DNA of 64,000 nt from an uncultured Bacilli bacterium (GTDB taxonomy: Bacteria; Bacillota_I; Bacilli_A; RFN20; CAG-826), in NCBI GenBank assembly GCA_944358895.1, contig CALVSB010000003.1:22868-86867 (forward strand), in the 5' to 3' direction. The notes under the pieces are model-generated. The model was given only the letters and a program-made list of their open reading frames with translations. It did not search any database and was not told the DNA's origin. The position numbers were made by a program, and so were the translations under genes. This document shows, one piece after another, positions 50,171 through 60,627 of this stretch (position 1 is the first letter of the stretch; each line of letters begins with the position of its first letter).

Positions 50171-51635
50171 AGCGTTCGACCAAGGACCGGATATAGGGCG
50201 CCTTGGCCTTCAGCCCGTCGAGGGAGGCGAGGCGGAAGGTCCAGTTGACGCTATCGACGACGCCGGGGACGTTGAGGCGGCTTTCCTTCCCGAGCCCGAG
50301 ATAGTCCTGGGCAGCGATGATCGTGTATTTGGCCTCGAGCGAGAGAGCGTAGGCAACGAAGCAGTCGACGTCGGTCGGCTCGTTATAGCCTTTGGCGTGG
50401 ATCTGCTCCATCCAATAGCGGCAATGGTCGGGACGGAGGGACTCGAGGTAGGCCTTCATCGGGTCGTTGTCGTGGGTGCCGAGGTAAGCGACCATGTTGT
50501 TCTGGTCGACTTTCTTGCCCTTGAGGACGTCGTCGAAGGTGAATTCCACGACGTTCATCCCCGGGAAGGCATAGTGGTCGCGGAGGACGAGGACCTCCGG
50601 GCGGAGGTCGCCGAGGTCCTCGGCGATGATCTCGATATTCGGGCACTTCTTGAGGAAGAGGTCGAAGAAGGAGGTCGCGGGGCCGAGAATCCACTCGCCC
50701 TCGACGGCCGTCGGGCAGGAAGAGGGGATCTTCCAATAGGTATCGAAGGCCCGGAAATGGTCGAGCCGGATGATGTCGTAGAGCTCGCCGTTCCTCCGGA
50801 GGCGGTTGACGACGAGTTCATAGTCTTCCTTCTTCAGCTTGTCCCAGTCGTAGATCGGGTTCCCCCACCGCTGGCCGGTCGCCGAGAAGTAATCGGGCGG
50901 TACCCCGGCGACGAAGGTCGGCTCGAGGGTAACCGGGTCAAGGAGGAACTTGTCGCGGTTCTCATAGACGTCGGCCGAGTCGTAGCCGACGTAGAAAGGT
51001 ACGTCCCCGACGATCTTGATGCCCTTGCCGTGGGCGTATTCCCGGAGGAGATCCCATTCGCGGTAAAGCTCGTACTGGATCCAGGTCTCGAATAGGCGGC
51101 CCGTCCGCTCGGCGGTGTTCTTGTAAGCCAAAGACGAAATCCGGTCTTTCTTTTCCTTCGGCCACTCGGCCCAAGAACGCATCCCCTCGCCCTTCTTGAG
51201 GTACATGAAGAGGGCATAGACCTTGCACCAGGGATGCTCCCTCATGAAGGCATTGAGGGTGGCGGCTGCCCCCTCTTTCTTCATGAACGCCTTGTAGGCC
51301 TTCTCAATGTAGGGGGCCTTGAAGGCTTTCGTCTTCTCGTAATCGACCTTGCCCGGCTCGACGCCAAGCTCGTCGGGAGCCGGTTCGGCGAGGAGCCCTT
51401 CCTCGTAGAGGGCATCGAGATCCATGTAAAGATCGTCGATGGCAAAGCTCGAGAAGGGCTGGTAGGGCGAGTGCCCGTAGCCGAGCGGGTTGAGCGGCAA
51501 TATCTGCCAGAGCTTCATGCCCATCTCGGCGGCGAGATCGACGAACGCCCGGGAGCTCTTCCCGAAATCCCCGATCCCGAAGCGGGAGGGGAGCATGCTG
51601 ACGGGGCAAAGGACCCCGGCGACGCGTTGTTCCAT
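50157..51635 (-). CDS. malQ: 4-alpha-glucanotransferase (amylomaltase, GH77)
   Basis: GVLCPVSMLPSRFGIGDFG, WQILPLNP, SPYQPFSSFA, RLDHFRAF, IIAEDLG, YLGTHDN. Confidence 0.9.
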   Translation of the reverse strand: MEQRVAGVLCPVSMLPSRFGIGDFGKSSRAFVDLAAEMGMKLWQILPLNPLGYGHSPYQPFSSFAIDDLYMDLDALYEEGLLAEPAPDELGVEPGKVDYEKTKAFKAPYIEKAYKAFMKKEGAAATLNAFMREHPWCKVYALFMYLKKGEGMRSWAEWPKEKKDRISSLAYKNTAERTGRLFETWIQYELYREWDLLREYAHGKGIKIVGDVPFYVGYDSADVYENRDKFLLDPVTLEPTFVAGVPPDYFSATGQRWGNPIYDWDKLKKEDYELVVNRLRRNGELYDIIRLDHFRAFDTYWKIPSSCPTAVEGEWILGPATSFFDLFLKKCPNIEIIAEDLGDLRPEVLVLRDHYAFPGMNVVEFTFDDVLKGKKVDQNNMVAYLGTHDNDPMKAYLESLRPDHCRYWMEQIHAKGYNEPTDVDCFVAYALSLEAKYTIIAAQDYLGLGKESRLNVPGVVDSVNWTFRLASLDGLKAKAPYIRSLVERYGRL

Positions 51636-51653
51636 AGTCTTATCTTTCTCCTT

Positions 51654-52847
51654 TCAGATTGTTTCCTTTTCGACTTCGGTCGCACCGAGGGGCGAGATCC
51701 CGACTTCGATGACGGAGTCCTCGCCATAGCGGCTGCCGATGGCCTTCTTGAAGGCTTCCTCTTCTTCCTTCACCACGAAGTTGATGGTGTTCCCGGCGAG
51801 GCCCCCGCCCATGACCCGGTGGGCCGAGCGGAGGGTGGCGCTTCTAGCGACCTCCACCGCCTCGAGGGGCGAGGAGGCGTAGCGCGAGGGCTCGATCATG
51901 ACGTTCCGGAGGAGCTTTTCCTGGCTCAGCTCCGTCATCCGCTCGAGGGTGAGGAAGAAGTCGAGGTTTTTTTCCTCAAGCGCCCGCTTGGCGAGCTTCA
52001 CCTGTCGTTCCTCGTAGAAGAAATGGCGGGCCCGGTCGACGACTTTCTCCGGGAGGGCGAGGCCATTGGCTTTCTCATAGAAGGCCGCCTCGTCGACTTC
52101 CGAGAGGACCTTCTTCCCGAAGAGGGCGGCCACCTTCTTCATGTCGCCCGGCATGGCGTCGTAGAGCGAGCCGAGCCCGGCATGGGAGGAATGCGGGTTG
52201 ACGAGGTAGATCTTCACCTCGTCCTCGAAGGGCCAGACGATGCTCGTGACCTCGGGCTCGCCTTTCGTTAGATCCATGTAGGAAAGGCCGCCGAAGGCGC
52301 TCCCGGTCTGGTCCAGGATGCCGCTCGCCTTGCCGAAATAGACGTTTTCGGCGAATTGCCCAGCCTTGGCCATGACGAGGGGCGGGATCTTCCCGTCGTT
52401 ATAGAGGGCGTTCATCGCCTCGGCCACGAAGAGCTCGTAGGCAGCCGAGGACGAAACCCCGGACCCGGAGGCGACGTTCCCGATGAGGGCGGCCCGGAAG
52501 CCGCCGACCTTGTAGCCGGCTTCATTAAGATAATGCATGACCCCGCGGGTGAGGCCGATCGGCCGCCCGGCCTCGCTTTCCTTCTTGGCGAGGTCGTTGC
52601 TCGGGAAGGTGAAGGGCGGATAGCCCTCGCTCAAGATGGAGACGAGGACGGGATCGGGCCCGATGGCGGCCCGGAGCGACAGGGTGGCCGAGGCCACGAG
52701 GCAATGCCCTAACTGGTGGTCGGTATGATTGCCGATGATCTCGAGGCGGCCGTTGCTTTTGATCCACTTCGCGCTCGGCTTCCCGCCGAACTGGCGGGCG
52801 TAGGCCGCCTCGGCCTTCGAAAAGAAATAGCGGTCGGTCTCGTTCAT
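51654..52847 (-). CDS. galK: Galactokinase
   Basis: GRLEIIGNHTDHQLGHCL, GNVASGSGVSSSAAYE (GHMP motif), MGGGLAG. Confidence 0.85.
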   Translation of the reverse strand: MNETDRYFFSKAEAAYARQFGGKPSAKWIKSNGRLEIIGNHTDHQLGHCLVASATLSLRAAIGPDPVLVSILSEGYPPFTFPSNDLAKKESEAGRPIGLTRGVMHYLNEAGYKVGGFRAALIGNVASGSGVSSSAAYELFVAEAMNALYNDGKIPPLVMAKAGQFAENVYFGKASGILDQTGSAFGGLSYMDLTKGEPEVTSIVWPFEDEVKIYLVNPHSSHAGLGSLYDAMPGDMKKVAALFGKKVLSEVDEAAFYEKANGLALPEKVVDRARHFFYEERQVKLAKRALEEKNLDFFLTLERMTELSQEKLLRNVMIEPSRYASSPLEAVEVARSATLRSAHRVMGGGLAGNTINFVVKEEEEAFKKAIGSRYGEDSVIEVGISPLGATEVEKETI

Positions 52848-54319
52848 CGTAGGTTCTCCTTCACGAAGGCCTCGAAAGCCTCTTGGTCTTCCTTGCTGTT
52901 CTTGTAGACGGCGACGTCGTCGAGGATGGCGCGGCAGATGGCGTTGACGTAGTGCTCGACGCTTTCGCCTTTCTTTAGATGGGCGTAGCAGTCGGAAAAC
53001 TCCTGCAAATCCGGGTTATCTTTCGCGAGTTCCGCGAATTCGAGGCTTTTTTGCGCACCTTCTTCGAGAAGGGCCAATTGACGCTTCAGCCGGGCCGGGA
53101 GGACGAAGAGGCCGGCCGCTTCGATGAGGCCGATCCCTTCCTTCTTGATGGCCCACTTGTCTTCGTGGGCATGGTAGATGCCGCCCGGGTGCTCCTCGTT
53201 CACGCTGTTGCAGCGGAAGATCAAATAGAAGCGGTAAAGATCCCCTTCCTTGCTCGCGAAGGGAGTGAAGGTCTGGTGGCAGGTGCCGTCTTTTTCGATA
53301 GGGGCGAAATGTCTCTTTCCGTCTTCGTGGTCCCGCCAGGCGGCGAGAAGGCGTTCGGCCAAAGCGGCGATCGCCGCCTTGTCCTTCCCTTCGAGGAGGA
53401 GGACCGAGTCGTAGAAATCGAGGATCAAGATTTCGACCCCGTTCTCGTGAGCGACCGTTTTCCGTTTCTTGGCCTTGAAGAGGGGGAGTTCCTTGTCCCC
53501 GCCCTGGAAGTGCTCGTGGGTGAGAATCGAGCCCCCGACGATCGGGAGGTCGCTATTGGAGCCGATGAAGAAGCGAGGGAAAAGGTCGACGAAGTCGAGG
53601 AGCGAGCGGAAGCAATGAGCGTCGATCTTCATCGGGCTATGCTCGTCCTGGAAGGCGATGCAATGCCTTGAGAAATAGCCATAGGGGCTGTACTGGAGGT
53701 ACCACGGGCCGCCATCGAGCGTGATCGAGACGAAGCGGAGGGTTCCCCGGGGCGGGATCTTGCCCCCGCCCTCATAGCCGAGGTTTTCCTTGCAGAGGGC
53801 GCAGGAAGGATAGGCGACGCTTTTGGCCTTGAGGGCGGCCGCGATATCCTTGTTGTTCTTCTCCGGCTTCGAAAGGTTGATCGTCACGACGAGGGGCGAG
53901 GCCCCGTCTTCGTAAGTCGCGTCCCAGCGGAGGTTTTTCTTGATGGCCGTCTCGGCGTAGTAGCCGCTGGCCCGCCCGACCTCGAGGAGGTATTCGGTCG
54001 CCTTGAAGGGATCCTCCTTCATGAGCGAGTGGAAGGTTTCGTCCACGGCGTCGGGCCGCGGGGTAATGATCCCGAAGATGGCCACCGCTTCCTTGTGCGG
54101 GTCCTTCGAGCCGAGCTCGGAAAGAGCCGTCTCGAGTTCCTCGTAGAGGCTGTCGGGCAGCTCTGGGGCCTCGTAGGCGAGCTCGCCCTCGTAGGGCGAA
54201 GGCTCGTGGAGCCAGGCGAGAATCACGTTCTCGGCGTAGATGGAGTCGAGTTTCCCGAGGCCCAGCCTTTCCTTGGCGAAAAGCACGAGCTTCCGGGCCA
54301 GTTTCTTGCGGTCGGTCAT
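52844..54319 (-). CDS. galT: Galactose-1-phosphate uridylyltransferase (long Firmicute-type GalT)
   Basis: About 490 aa, with CALCKENLGYEG, GGSILTHEHFQGG, WAIKKEGIGLIE. Located between galM and galK with 4-nt overlaps. Confidence 0.8.
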   Translation of the reverse strand: MTDRKKLARKLVLFAKERLGLGKLDSIYAENVILAWLHEPSPYEGELAYEAPELPDSLYEELETALSELGSKDPHKEAVAIFGIITPRPDAVDETFHSLMKEDPFKATEYLLEVGRASGYYAETAIKKNLRWDATYEDGASPLVVTINLSKPEKNNKDIAAALKAKSVAYPSCALCKENLGYEGGGKIPPRGTLRFVSITLDGGPWYLQYSPYGYFSRHCIAFQDEHSPMKIDAHCFRSLLDFVDLFPRFFIGSNSDLPIVGGSILTHEHFQGGDKELPLFKAKKRKTVAHENGVEILILDFYDSVLLLEGKDKAAIAALAERLLAAWRDHEDGKRHFAPIEKDGTCHQTFTPFASKEGDLYRFYLIFRCNSVNEEHPGGIYHAHEDKWAIKKEGIGLIEAAGLFVLPARLKRQLALLEEGAQKSLEFAELAKDNPDLQEFSDCYAHLKKGESVEHYVNAICRAILDDVAVYKNSKEDQEAFEAFVKENLR

Positions 54320-55311
54320 TTCACTTCCTCCAGGCGGTATTCGATAAAGGTGCGCTGGGTCGCGCCGTCCCTGATCGCGTAGTCATTGACGTCAAGGGGC
54401 GAGAAACTCGGCTCGAGGGCCACCGCCCCGAAGCGTTCCCAGCTTCCCCCGCGGTTGAGGGGCAGTCCGGCCACCCCGAAATTGTCCGTGTAGACCTGGA
54501 CGCCGGGGAAGGAGGTCGAGATGTGGAGCTCGAGGTCCTGGCCCTTCAAGACGACGCGGTCCCGCTCGTCCTTGGTGTCGAACTTATAGCTATGGTCGTA
54601 GCCGCCGGTCACCCCGTCGAGGATCTCCGGATCGTGGAGGTCCTTGCCGATCTTCTTGCCTTCCTGGAAGTCGAGGGCCGGGCTCACGTCGGCATAGCCG
54701 AGGGGAATGAGCCCTTCCCCGTACATCATGGCTTCGTGGGAGCGGATCGCTAGTTCGTGCTCCTCGATCGTTCCTTCGCCATTGAGATTCCAGTAGCTGT
54801 GGTTGGTAAAGCTGAGGAGGCTGTCGCCCTTGGCCACCGCCTTCGTCTCGATTCGGAAGGTCGGCTCGACGTCGCTAAGAAGGTAACGGACCCGGACGGT
54901 GAGTTCGCCGGGGAAGCCGCCTTCCCCGTCGGGGGAAGTGAGGTAGAAGTCAACGCGGCACGTCCCCTTCTCGAGAAGCTCGATGTCGCTCCGCCACTTC
55001 TTGAAGGCAAAGCCGGAAGTTCCGCCGTGCAGGCAGTTATTCCCGTTGTTCTGCTCGAGCAGGTATTCCTTCCCCTCGAAGGAAAGGATCCCGCCCTTGA
55101 GGCGGCCGGCCACCCGGCCGACGCTCTTCCCGTAATAGCCGGTCGAGCGCTCGTAGACGTCATGGTCGCGCGGGGTCTCGACGAGGTGCCTCCCCTTGTA
55201 GAGGCAATCGTAGATGCCAGCCCCAACCTCGCTCAGGATGAGGGTGAGCCCGGAACGGCTTTCAACGACGAAGTAGGCGCTTCCGCCATGGACGGCTTGG
55301 GTGATTTTCAT
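54316..55311 (-). CDS. galM: Aldose 1-epimerase (galactose mutarotase)
   Basis: NNGNNCLHGG, FKKW, SFTNHSYWNL, GGYDHSY, VQVYTDNF. Confidence 0.85.
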   Translation of the reverse strand: MKITQAVHGGSAYFVVESRSGLTLILSEVGAGIYDCLYKGRHLVETPRDHDVYERSTGYYGKSVGRVAGRLKGGILSFEGKEYLLEQNNGNNCLHGGTSGFAFKKWRSDIELLEKGTCRVDFYLTSPDGEGGFPGELTVRVRYLLSDVEPTFRIETKAVAKGDSLLSFTNHSYWNLNGEGTIEEHELAIRSHEAMMYGEGLIPLGYADVSPALDFQEGKKIGKDLHDPEILDGVTGGYDHSYKFDTKDERDRVVLKGQDLELHISTSFPGVQVYTDNFGVAGLPLNRGGSWERFGAVALEPSFSPLDVNDYAIRDGATQRTFIEYRLEEVK

Positions 55312-56525
55312 ACGCTAGTGACGGCCGATTTCAGGATCAAGGCCAGTTCCTCCTCGCTTAAGATCTTGGGGACGTGGTACAGGGGGTTGGCTTCCTTGGC
55401 CGCTTCGTGGGCCAAGGAAGAGGCCGCTTCCTCCCCAAAGGAAGGAAGAGGCAGTTTTTGGTCGATATGGAGATCCCGCTCGAGGGAATTGACCCGGGCG
55501 ATGAAGGCCTCGGCCTTCTTGGCCATCGAGAGGTCATTGCTCCCGCCGATCGCCTCTTCAAGGCGGGCGAGGGCCGGGTAGGCCTTGCTCCCGTAGGCGC
55601 GGAGGACATAGGGCAAGAGGACGGCGTTGAGATAGCCATGGGGCAAGTGGTAGCGCCCGCCGATGGCGTGGCTGAGGGCATGGGAATAGCCGACATAGCC
55701 GCGGGCAAAGGCCCGCCCGGCGAGGTAGGAAGCCTTGAGCATCTCGAGGTTGAGCGAAAGATCGTTTCTATTTTGAGCGAAAAGCCGCCCCTTTTCCAAG
55801 ATGGTGCGCGTCGCGGCGATGGCATCGCGCGCCACTTGACTGTCCTTCGGGCGGTTGAGGAAGCTCTCGAGGGCATGGGTCAAGGCATCGAGGATGCCGT
55901 AGACGGCCGGCCGCTCGGGCAGGCTCTTGAGGTATACCGGGTCGAGGACGGCGAGGCTCGGGGTGAGCCGCGGCGACATGATAGCCACCTTCCCTTCCCC
56001 ATGGGGAAGCGAAAGGACGGCCACCGGGGTGATTTCGCTCCCGGTCCCGGCCGTCGTCGGGACGAAGGCCATGAACGGAAGCTTCCGGTGGACCTTGAGG
56101 AGGCCGCGGAAGGAGGCAATGTCCTTGCCCTTATAGGCGAAGATGACGCCGGCGCTTTTGGCCACGTCCATGGCCGAGCCGCCGCCGATGGCGACGATGG
56201 CGTCGCAGTTGGCCCGCTTCATCTCGAGGTAGCAGGCGTTGGCCGTGTCGAAGCCCGGCTCCCCGCTCGGGAGGACGTAAAGGGTCGGCTCGATGCCCTT
56301 TTCCTTCAGTCCATCGAGGAGAGGGGCGTCGGCCCCCGAGCGATGGACCGAGTCGGAAAGGACGAAAAGGGGGCGGACGTAGCCGCGGCTGCTCAGTTCG
56401 CCGACGAGGCGGAGGGAACTCCCCTCCCCTTCGAGGAGGCGGTGCTCCGGATAAGAGACGAAACGCGCGAGGACCCTAAGGATCCACTGGTAGCTCCGGG
56501 CATAAGCCGAATAAAGGAAAAACAT
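55308..56525 (-). CDS. Iron-containing alcohol dehydrogenase family protein
   Basis: AIGGGSAMDVAK, PTTAGTGSE, HALSHAIGGRYHLPHG. Confidence 0.8.
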   Translation of the reverse strand: MFFLYSAYARSYQWILRVLARFVSYPEHRLLEGEGSSLRLVGELSSRGYVRPLFVLSDSVHRSGADAPLLDGLKEKGIEPTLYVLPSGEPGFDTANACYLEMKRANCDAIVAIGGGSAMDVAKSAGVIFAYKGKDIASFRGLLKVHRKLPFMAFVPTTAGTGSEITPVAVLSLPHGEGKVAIMSPRLTPSLAVLDPVYLKSLPERPAVYGILDALTHALESFLNRPKDSQVARDAIAATRTILEKGRLFAQNRNDLSLNLEMLKASYLAGRAFARGYVGYSHALSHAIGGRYHLPHGYLNAVLLPYVLRAYGSKAYPALARLEEAIGGSNDLSMAKKAEAFIARVNSLERDLHIDQKLPLPSFGEEAASSLAHEAAKEANPLYHVPKILSEEELALILKSAVTSV

Positions 56526-56552
56526 ATCGCTATGGTCCTATTCTTTAATATC

Positions 56553-58115
56553 CTACAACAAAGGAGCGACGAGGCGGAGAAGGGCCCATAGAAACTTCTT
56601 CTTGGCCCTCATTTTCCGATATTCCTCGGAGGTCACCTGCCGGCTCTTCTCGATCGTCAGGAGGAAATCGTCCTTCATGTCCTTCACCGCCCGGCTCCCG
56701 ACGATGAAGGTCCCGTTTTCGAGGTGGAGGTAAAGGGAACGGTAGTCGAGGTTGATCGTCCCCTCGGTCGCCCATTTGTCGTCGGAGACGAACATTTTCT
56801 GGTGGACGAAGCCCGGTGTGTACTCGTAGATCTTGACCCCGGCCTTCAGGAGGGGCCCGTATTCGCTCCGCGTGAGCTCGTAGACGGCCTTCTTGTCCGG
56901 GATGCCCGGGGTGAGGAGGCGGACGTCGACCCCACTTTCAGCCGCCAGGCAGATGGAGTCGCGGAGCCGGGCGTTCAAAACGAGGTAAGGAGTCGAGATA
57001 TAGACATAGTCCTTGGCCCGGGCGAGAATGGCCTGGTAGACCCCGACACCGACGGCCGTGTCGCTATAAGGGAGCTCGCCATAGGGCTGGACGAAGCCGT
57101 CGGAGACGGGGAAGCCGCCGGCTTCGTCGATGAAGCGTTCCGAGCGGTAATACTCGTAGTCGATCGCCTCGTCGGGGGCAAACTCGCTCTTCCAGAGGGC
57201 AAGGAAGAGGAGGACGTATCCATGGACGGCCTTGCCCCTCACCATGATGGAGGAATCCTTCCAGTGGCCGAAGCGCTCCTCGGCATTGATGTACTCGTCG
57301 GCCAGATTGATGCCCCCGGTGAAGGCCGTGTGGCCGTCGATGACCATGATCTTCCGGTGGTCGCGGTTGTTCATCCGGATGTCGAGGAGGGGCTTGATCT
57401 TCCGGAAAACCCGGGCCTTGATTCCCATTTCGCAGAGTTTTTTGTCATACCCCACCGGCGTGGCTCCGAGGTTCCCGACGTCGTCGTAGACGACCCGGAC
57501 GTCGACCCCGGCTTTGGCTTTGCGGACGAGGATCTCGAGAATCTCGTCCCACATCTTCCCGGGCTTGATGATGAAGAACTCGATGAAAATGTAATGCCGT
57601 GCCTTCTCCAACTGCTTCTTCATCTCGGGGAAGGCATCGTCGCCGAGGGGGAAATAAGTCACGGCGCTATTGAGATAGCAATCCCCTTCCGAGCCGTGCT
57701 CGATGAAGCGGGAAATCCGGTAGGAGTCCTCGTCGTAGGCCTTGAGCTTCCGGAGGGTTTCCTCCCGGCTCGACTCGACTTTGAGGACCGAGTAATAGCG
57801 ACGGAGGTAGGCCTTCTGCTTCTTCGTCCGGAGCTTGTGGGCGAACATGAGGTAGAAAAGGGCCCCGACGACCGGGACGGCGACGAGGAAGAAGAGCCAG
57901 GCCGTTTTGTACTCCTCCTCGGCCGCGGAGTTGACGATGAAAACCCCGATGCCGAAGTTGACGAGGAAGAGGGAAACGACGACGTAGAGGGCCGCGTTCC
58001 CGTTCAAGGAACCGGCCGTGAGGAAATAGACGATGGCGATGACGAGGGCGAACTCGAGGAGGACGCAGATCATCGTGACCGCTTTTTGCCAGAAGCCGTT
58101 CCGCCAGAATTTCAT
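56553..58115 (-). CDS. cls: Cardiolipin synthase (PLD family)
   Basis: Two HKD motifs (NNRDHRKIMVIDG, GFVHQKMFVSDD) and N-terminal TM helices. Start at the ATG at 58115 (MKFWRNGFW). Confidence 0.9.
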   Translation of the reverse strand: MKFWRNGFWQKAVTMICVLLEFALVIAIVYFLTAGSLNGNAALYVVVSLFLVNFGIGVFIVNSAAEEEYKTAWLFFLVAVPVVGALFYLMFAHKLRTKKQKAYLRRYYSVLKVESSREETLRKLKAYDEDSYRISRFIEHGSEGDCYLNSAVTYFPLGDDAFPEMKKQLEKARHYIFIEFFIIKPGKMWDEILEILVRKAKAGVDVRVVYDDVGNLGATPVGYDKKLCEMGIKARVFRKIKPLLDIRMNNRDHRKIMVIDGHTAFTGGINLADEYINAEERFGHWKDSSIMVRGKAVHGYVLLFLALWKSEFAPDEAIDYEYYRSERFIDEAGGFPVSDGFVQPYGELPYSDTAVGVGVYQAILARAKDYVYISTPYLVLNARLRDSICLAAESGVDVRLLTPGIPDKKAVYELTRSEYGPLLKAGVKIYEYTPGFVHQKMFVSDDKWATEGTINLDYRSLYLHLENGTFIVGSRAVKDMKDDFLLTIEKSRQVTSEEYRKMRAKKKFLWALLRLVAPLL

Positions 58116-58222
58116 TCTGACCCGATTGTAGCCGATTTCCGCCGCTTTGAAAGCCGCAGGAGGAAGCAAAACGGGCAAATCGGCAAAAAAAGAAGCCGCT
58201 TTTGCGGCCTCTTTTGCCTAGA

Positions 58223-59203
58223 TTACTGTTTAAGGGGGCGGAAGATCGACTCGAAGTGGGCCATTCTTTCGCCAACGTGCCCGCCGTCGTGGGTCAACCC
58301 GGCGGTGAAGGAGGGAAGGTCGGGCTTTTCCCCGGCGAGGGCCCGGTCGAAGAGGCCGAAGAGGACCTCGGCATCGGAAGCCGCCTTCTCGTAGAGGTCG
58401 AGGAAGGATTCGTTCCGCTCCTTCCCCGTGAAGGGGTCGGGCCAGGGGAAATGTTCTTCGTTCAAAAGGTCGAAGTCGTTCTTCGAGAGCTCGATCTCGA
58501 GACCTTCCCGGGCCGCTTTCGAGGGGTAATGGAGGGCCGCGACCTGGCTCTCTTTGCCCATGGCGAGATCGACGAAGACCTTCGAGAACCACCGCGGCTT
58601 GTTGGTGATCTTGAGGACCGCTCGGTAATCATCGAGGGCCGCGGCCAGGGACGAAGGCCCGAGCCCGGGGATCTTCCGGTCACCGAGATAGGCCGCGGTC
58701 GCCTGGTAGAGATGGGCGGATATGCCCGCGGCTTCCTTTTCGTCGAGATCGATGTAGCGGTAAGCGTACGGGGTATAGGTATCGTCCCCCGTCGCGATGG
58801 CCTCGTCGATGAGGACCTCGAGGAGGGTGTGGTCATGGGCAAGCTTGCCGTTCAGCTTCCTATCGTCGCTGAAGCCGGTCCGCCCGAAGACGAAGAGATG
58901 GGCCGCCCGGTCGAGGCAATAATGGGCCCCGAGGCCGTAGACGTAGGAGGTGAAGCTTTTGGATTTGGCTTCCCCCGCTTCTTTGAGAAGGGAGGCGAAA
59001 TAGGCAGCCGGGTCGATATGGTGGAGGTCGCTTCCGAAGGCCGCCACTTCCTTCCCGCCTTCCCGCTTCTTCCACGGGAGCTGGCCGTAGAAGAAATAGG
59101 GATCGGGGCCTTGGCTCCCGAGGAGGAAGGCCTTCTCTGCGAAATCAGGATGATTACCAAGAAGCCGGAGGGCGAACGACCGGTGGGTCAAAAAGGCCGG
59201 CAT
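58223..59203 (-). CDS. Zinc-dependent phospholipase C-like family protein
   Basis: N-terminal MPAFLTHRSFA...FLLGSQGPDPYFFY and GSDLHH, GLGAHYCLDRAAH resemble the His-rich PLC/P1-nuclease-fold family. Motif-level only. Confidence 0.5.
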   Translation of the reverse strand: MPAFLTHRSFALRLLGNHPDFAEKAFLLGSQGPDPYFFYGQLPWKKREGGKEVAAFGSDLHHIDPAAYFASLLKEAGEAKSKSFTSYVYGLGAHYCLDRAAHLFVFGRTGFSDDRKLNGKLAHDHTLLEVLIDEAIATGDDTYTPYAYRYIDLDEKEAAGISAHLYQATAAYLGDRKIPGLGPSSLAAALDDYRAVLKITNKPRWFSKVFVDLAMGKESQVAALHYPSKAAREGLEIELSKNDFDLLNEEHFPWPDPFTGKERNESFLDLYEKAASDAEVLFGLFDRALAGEKPDLPSFTAGLTHDGGHVGERMAHFESIFRPLKQ

Positions 59204-60627
59204 CAGTCGAGGTCCCCCATCGCTTCGAGGCCCTTCGGGGTATCGACGTTATGGATCTTGACGTTTTTGACGAACATGAAGATGGCGATCGAGATGGCCA
59301 TCATGACGGTCGCGTAGATCGGGAGCATCCGCCAGCCGAAGTCGGGGACGAGGTAGATGACGAGGCCGACGATGACCGGAGTCACCGTCTGGGCACCCAT
59401 CGAGGCGGCATAGTAGTAGCCGGTGAATTGCCCCACTTTCTTCCCGGTCGCGAGTTCGACAACCATCGGGAAGGAACAGGTATTGACGAGGCTCATGCCG
59501 AGGCCCTTGAGGATGTAGACGAGATAGAGATGCCACGGGAAGGCGGCATACTCGTCTTCTCCGGCCGGATGGCCTTCGAGGGTGAAGCACATGATGAAGT
59601 AGCCGGCGATGGCAAGGCCAAGGCCGATGAGCATCGTGTACTTCCGGCCGATCTTGTCGGCGATGAAGCCGGCCGTGGCAAAGCCTATAACCGAGGCGAC
59701 GCCCATGAGGATCGTCGTGATCATCGTCGACTGGGAGGAGGCATGGACGTAATAGATGACGTAATTCCCGAAATAAGTCCCGACCGCGTTGTCGGCCATG
59801 AACCAGAAGACCTCGGCCGCCAGGATGAGGAGGAGCATTCTCCGATTGGCTTTGCTGAGGGGCCGGTCTTCCTCGACCCGGTCGACCGATTGGGCTTCCT
59901 TCTCCCCGAGTTCCATTTCGGGGCGGAGTTCCCTTTCGAGCTTATTCTCCTTGATGGTGAAGAAGAGGACGAGGGCCGAGACGAGCATGAGGACCGAGGC
60001 GATGAGGAAGGGAGCCTCGATGGCCCAGATGTTCCCGGTCGCCCAGGTGATGTCGCCGGTTCCGAGGTAGTCGCTCAAGACGAAGACGATCCCGGCCAGG
60101 GTCGCGAAGGCCCCGCCGAGGTAGCCCATGATGTTGATGATGCCGTTGGCTTTGCTCCGAAGGGGCTTCGGGGTGATGTCCGGCATGAGGGCGACGGCCG
60201 GCGAGCGGTACATCATCATGAAGAAGATGACGATGGCCATGAGGGCGATGACCCCGGCCACGTTGTTATAGTGGAAGCAAACCGGGATGAATGGGAAGGC
60301 GATGGCCGAGACGACGGTCCCGAGGAGGATGAAGGGCATCCGCTTCCCAATCGGGGTCTTCGTCTTGTCGCTCATCCGCCCGAAGATCGGGAGCATGATA
60401 AGGGCCGCGAGGTTATCGAGGGCCATGACGATGCCGACGAGGTACTGGACCTCAGTCTCGTTATCAGTATGAAGGGCTTCCTTGAAGATCTCGGTGAGGA
60501 AGGTCGGGCACCAACTGTCGTAGACCTGCCAGAGGAGGAGGATGCCGAAGAAGGCAAAGCCGATCAGCATCGTGCGCTTGACGTTCAGCTTGAGCTTCGG
60601 GGTCGACCCGCTTTGTGTGCTTTCCAT
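59203..60627 (-). CDS. MFS transporter (GPH/SLC45-like sugar:cation symporter)
   Basis: Twelve hydrophobic segments; SDKTKTPIGKRMPFILLG loop. Start at the ATG at 60627 or 60636; the 115-codon N-terminal ORF extension overlaps the upstream gene and its terminator and is rejected. Confidence 0.65.
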   Translation of the reverse strand: MESTQSGSTPKLKLNVKRTMLIGFAFFGILLLWQVYDSWCPTFLTEIFKEALHTDNETEVQYLVGIVMALDNLAALIMLPIFGRMSDKTKTPIGKRMPFILLGTVVSAIAFPFIPVCFHYNNVAGVIALMAIVIFFMMMYRSPAVALMPDITPKPLRSKANGIINIMGYLGGAFATLAGIVFVLSDYLGTGDITWATGNIWAIEAPFLIASVLMLVSALVLFFTIKENKLERELRPEMELGEKEAQSVDRVEEDRPLSKANRRMLLLILAAEVFWFMADNAVGTYFGNYVIYYVHASSQSTMITTILMGVASVIGFATAGFIADKIGRKYTMLIGLGLAIAGYFIMCFTLEGHPAGEDEYAAFPWHLYLVYILKGLGMSLVNTCSFPMVVELATGKKVGQFTGYYYAASMGAQTVTPVIVGLVIYLVPDFGWRMLPIYATVMMAISIAIFMFVKNVKIHNVDTPKGLEAMGDLD

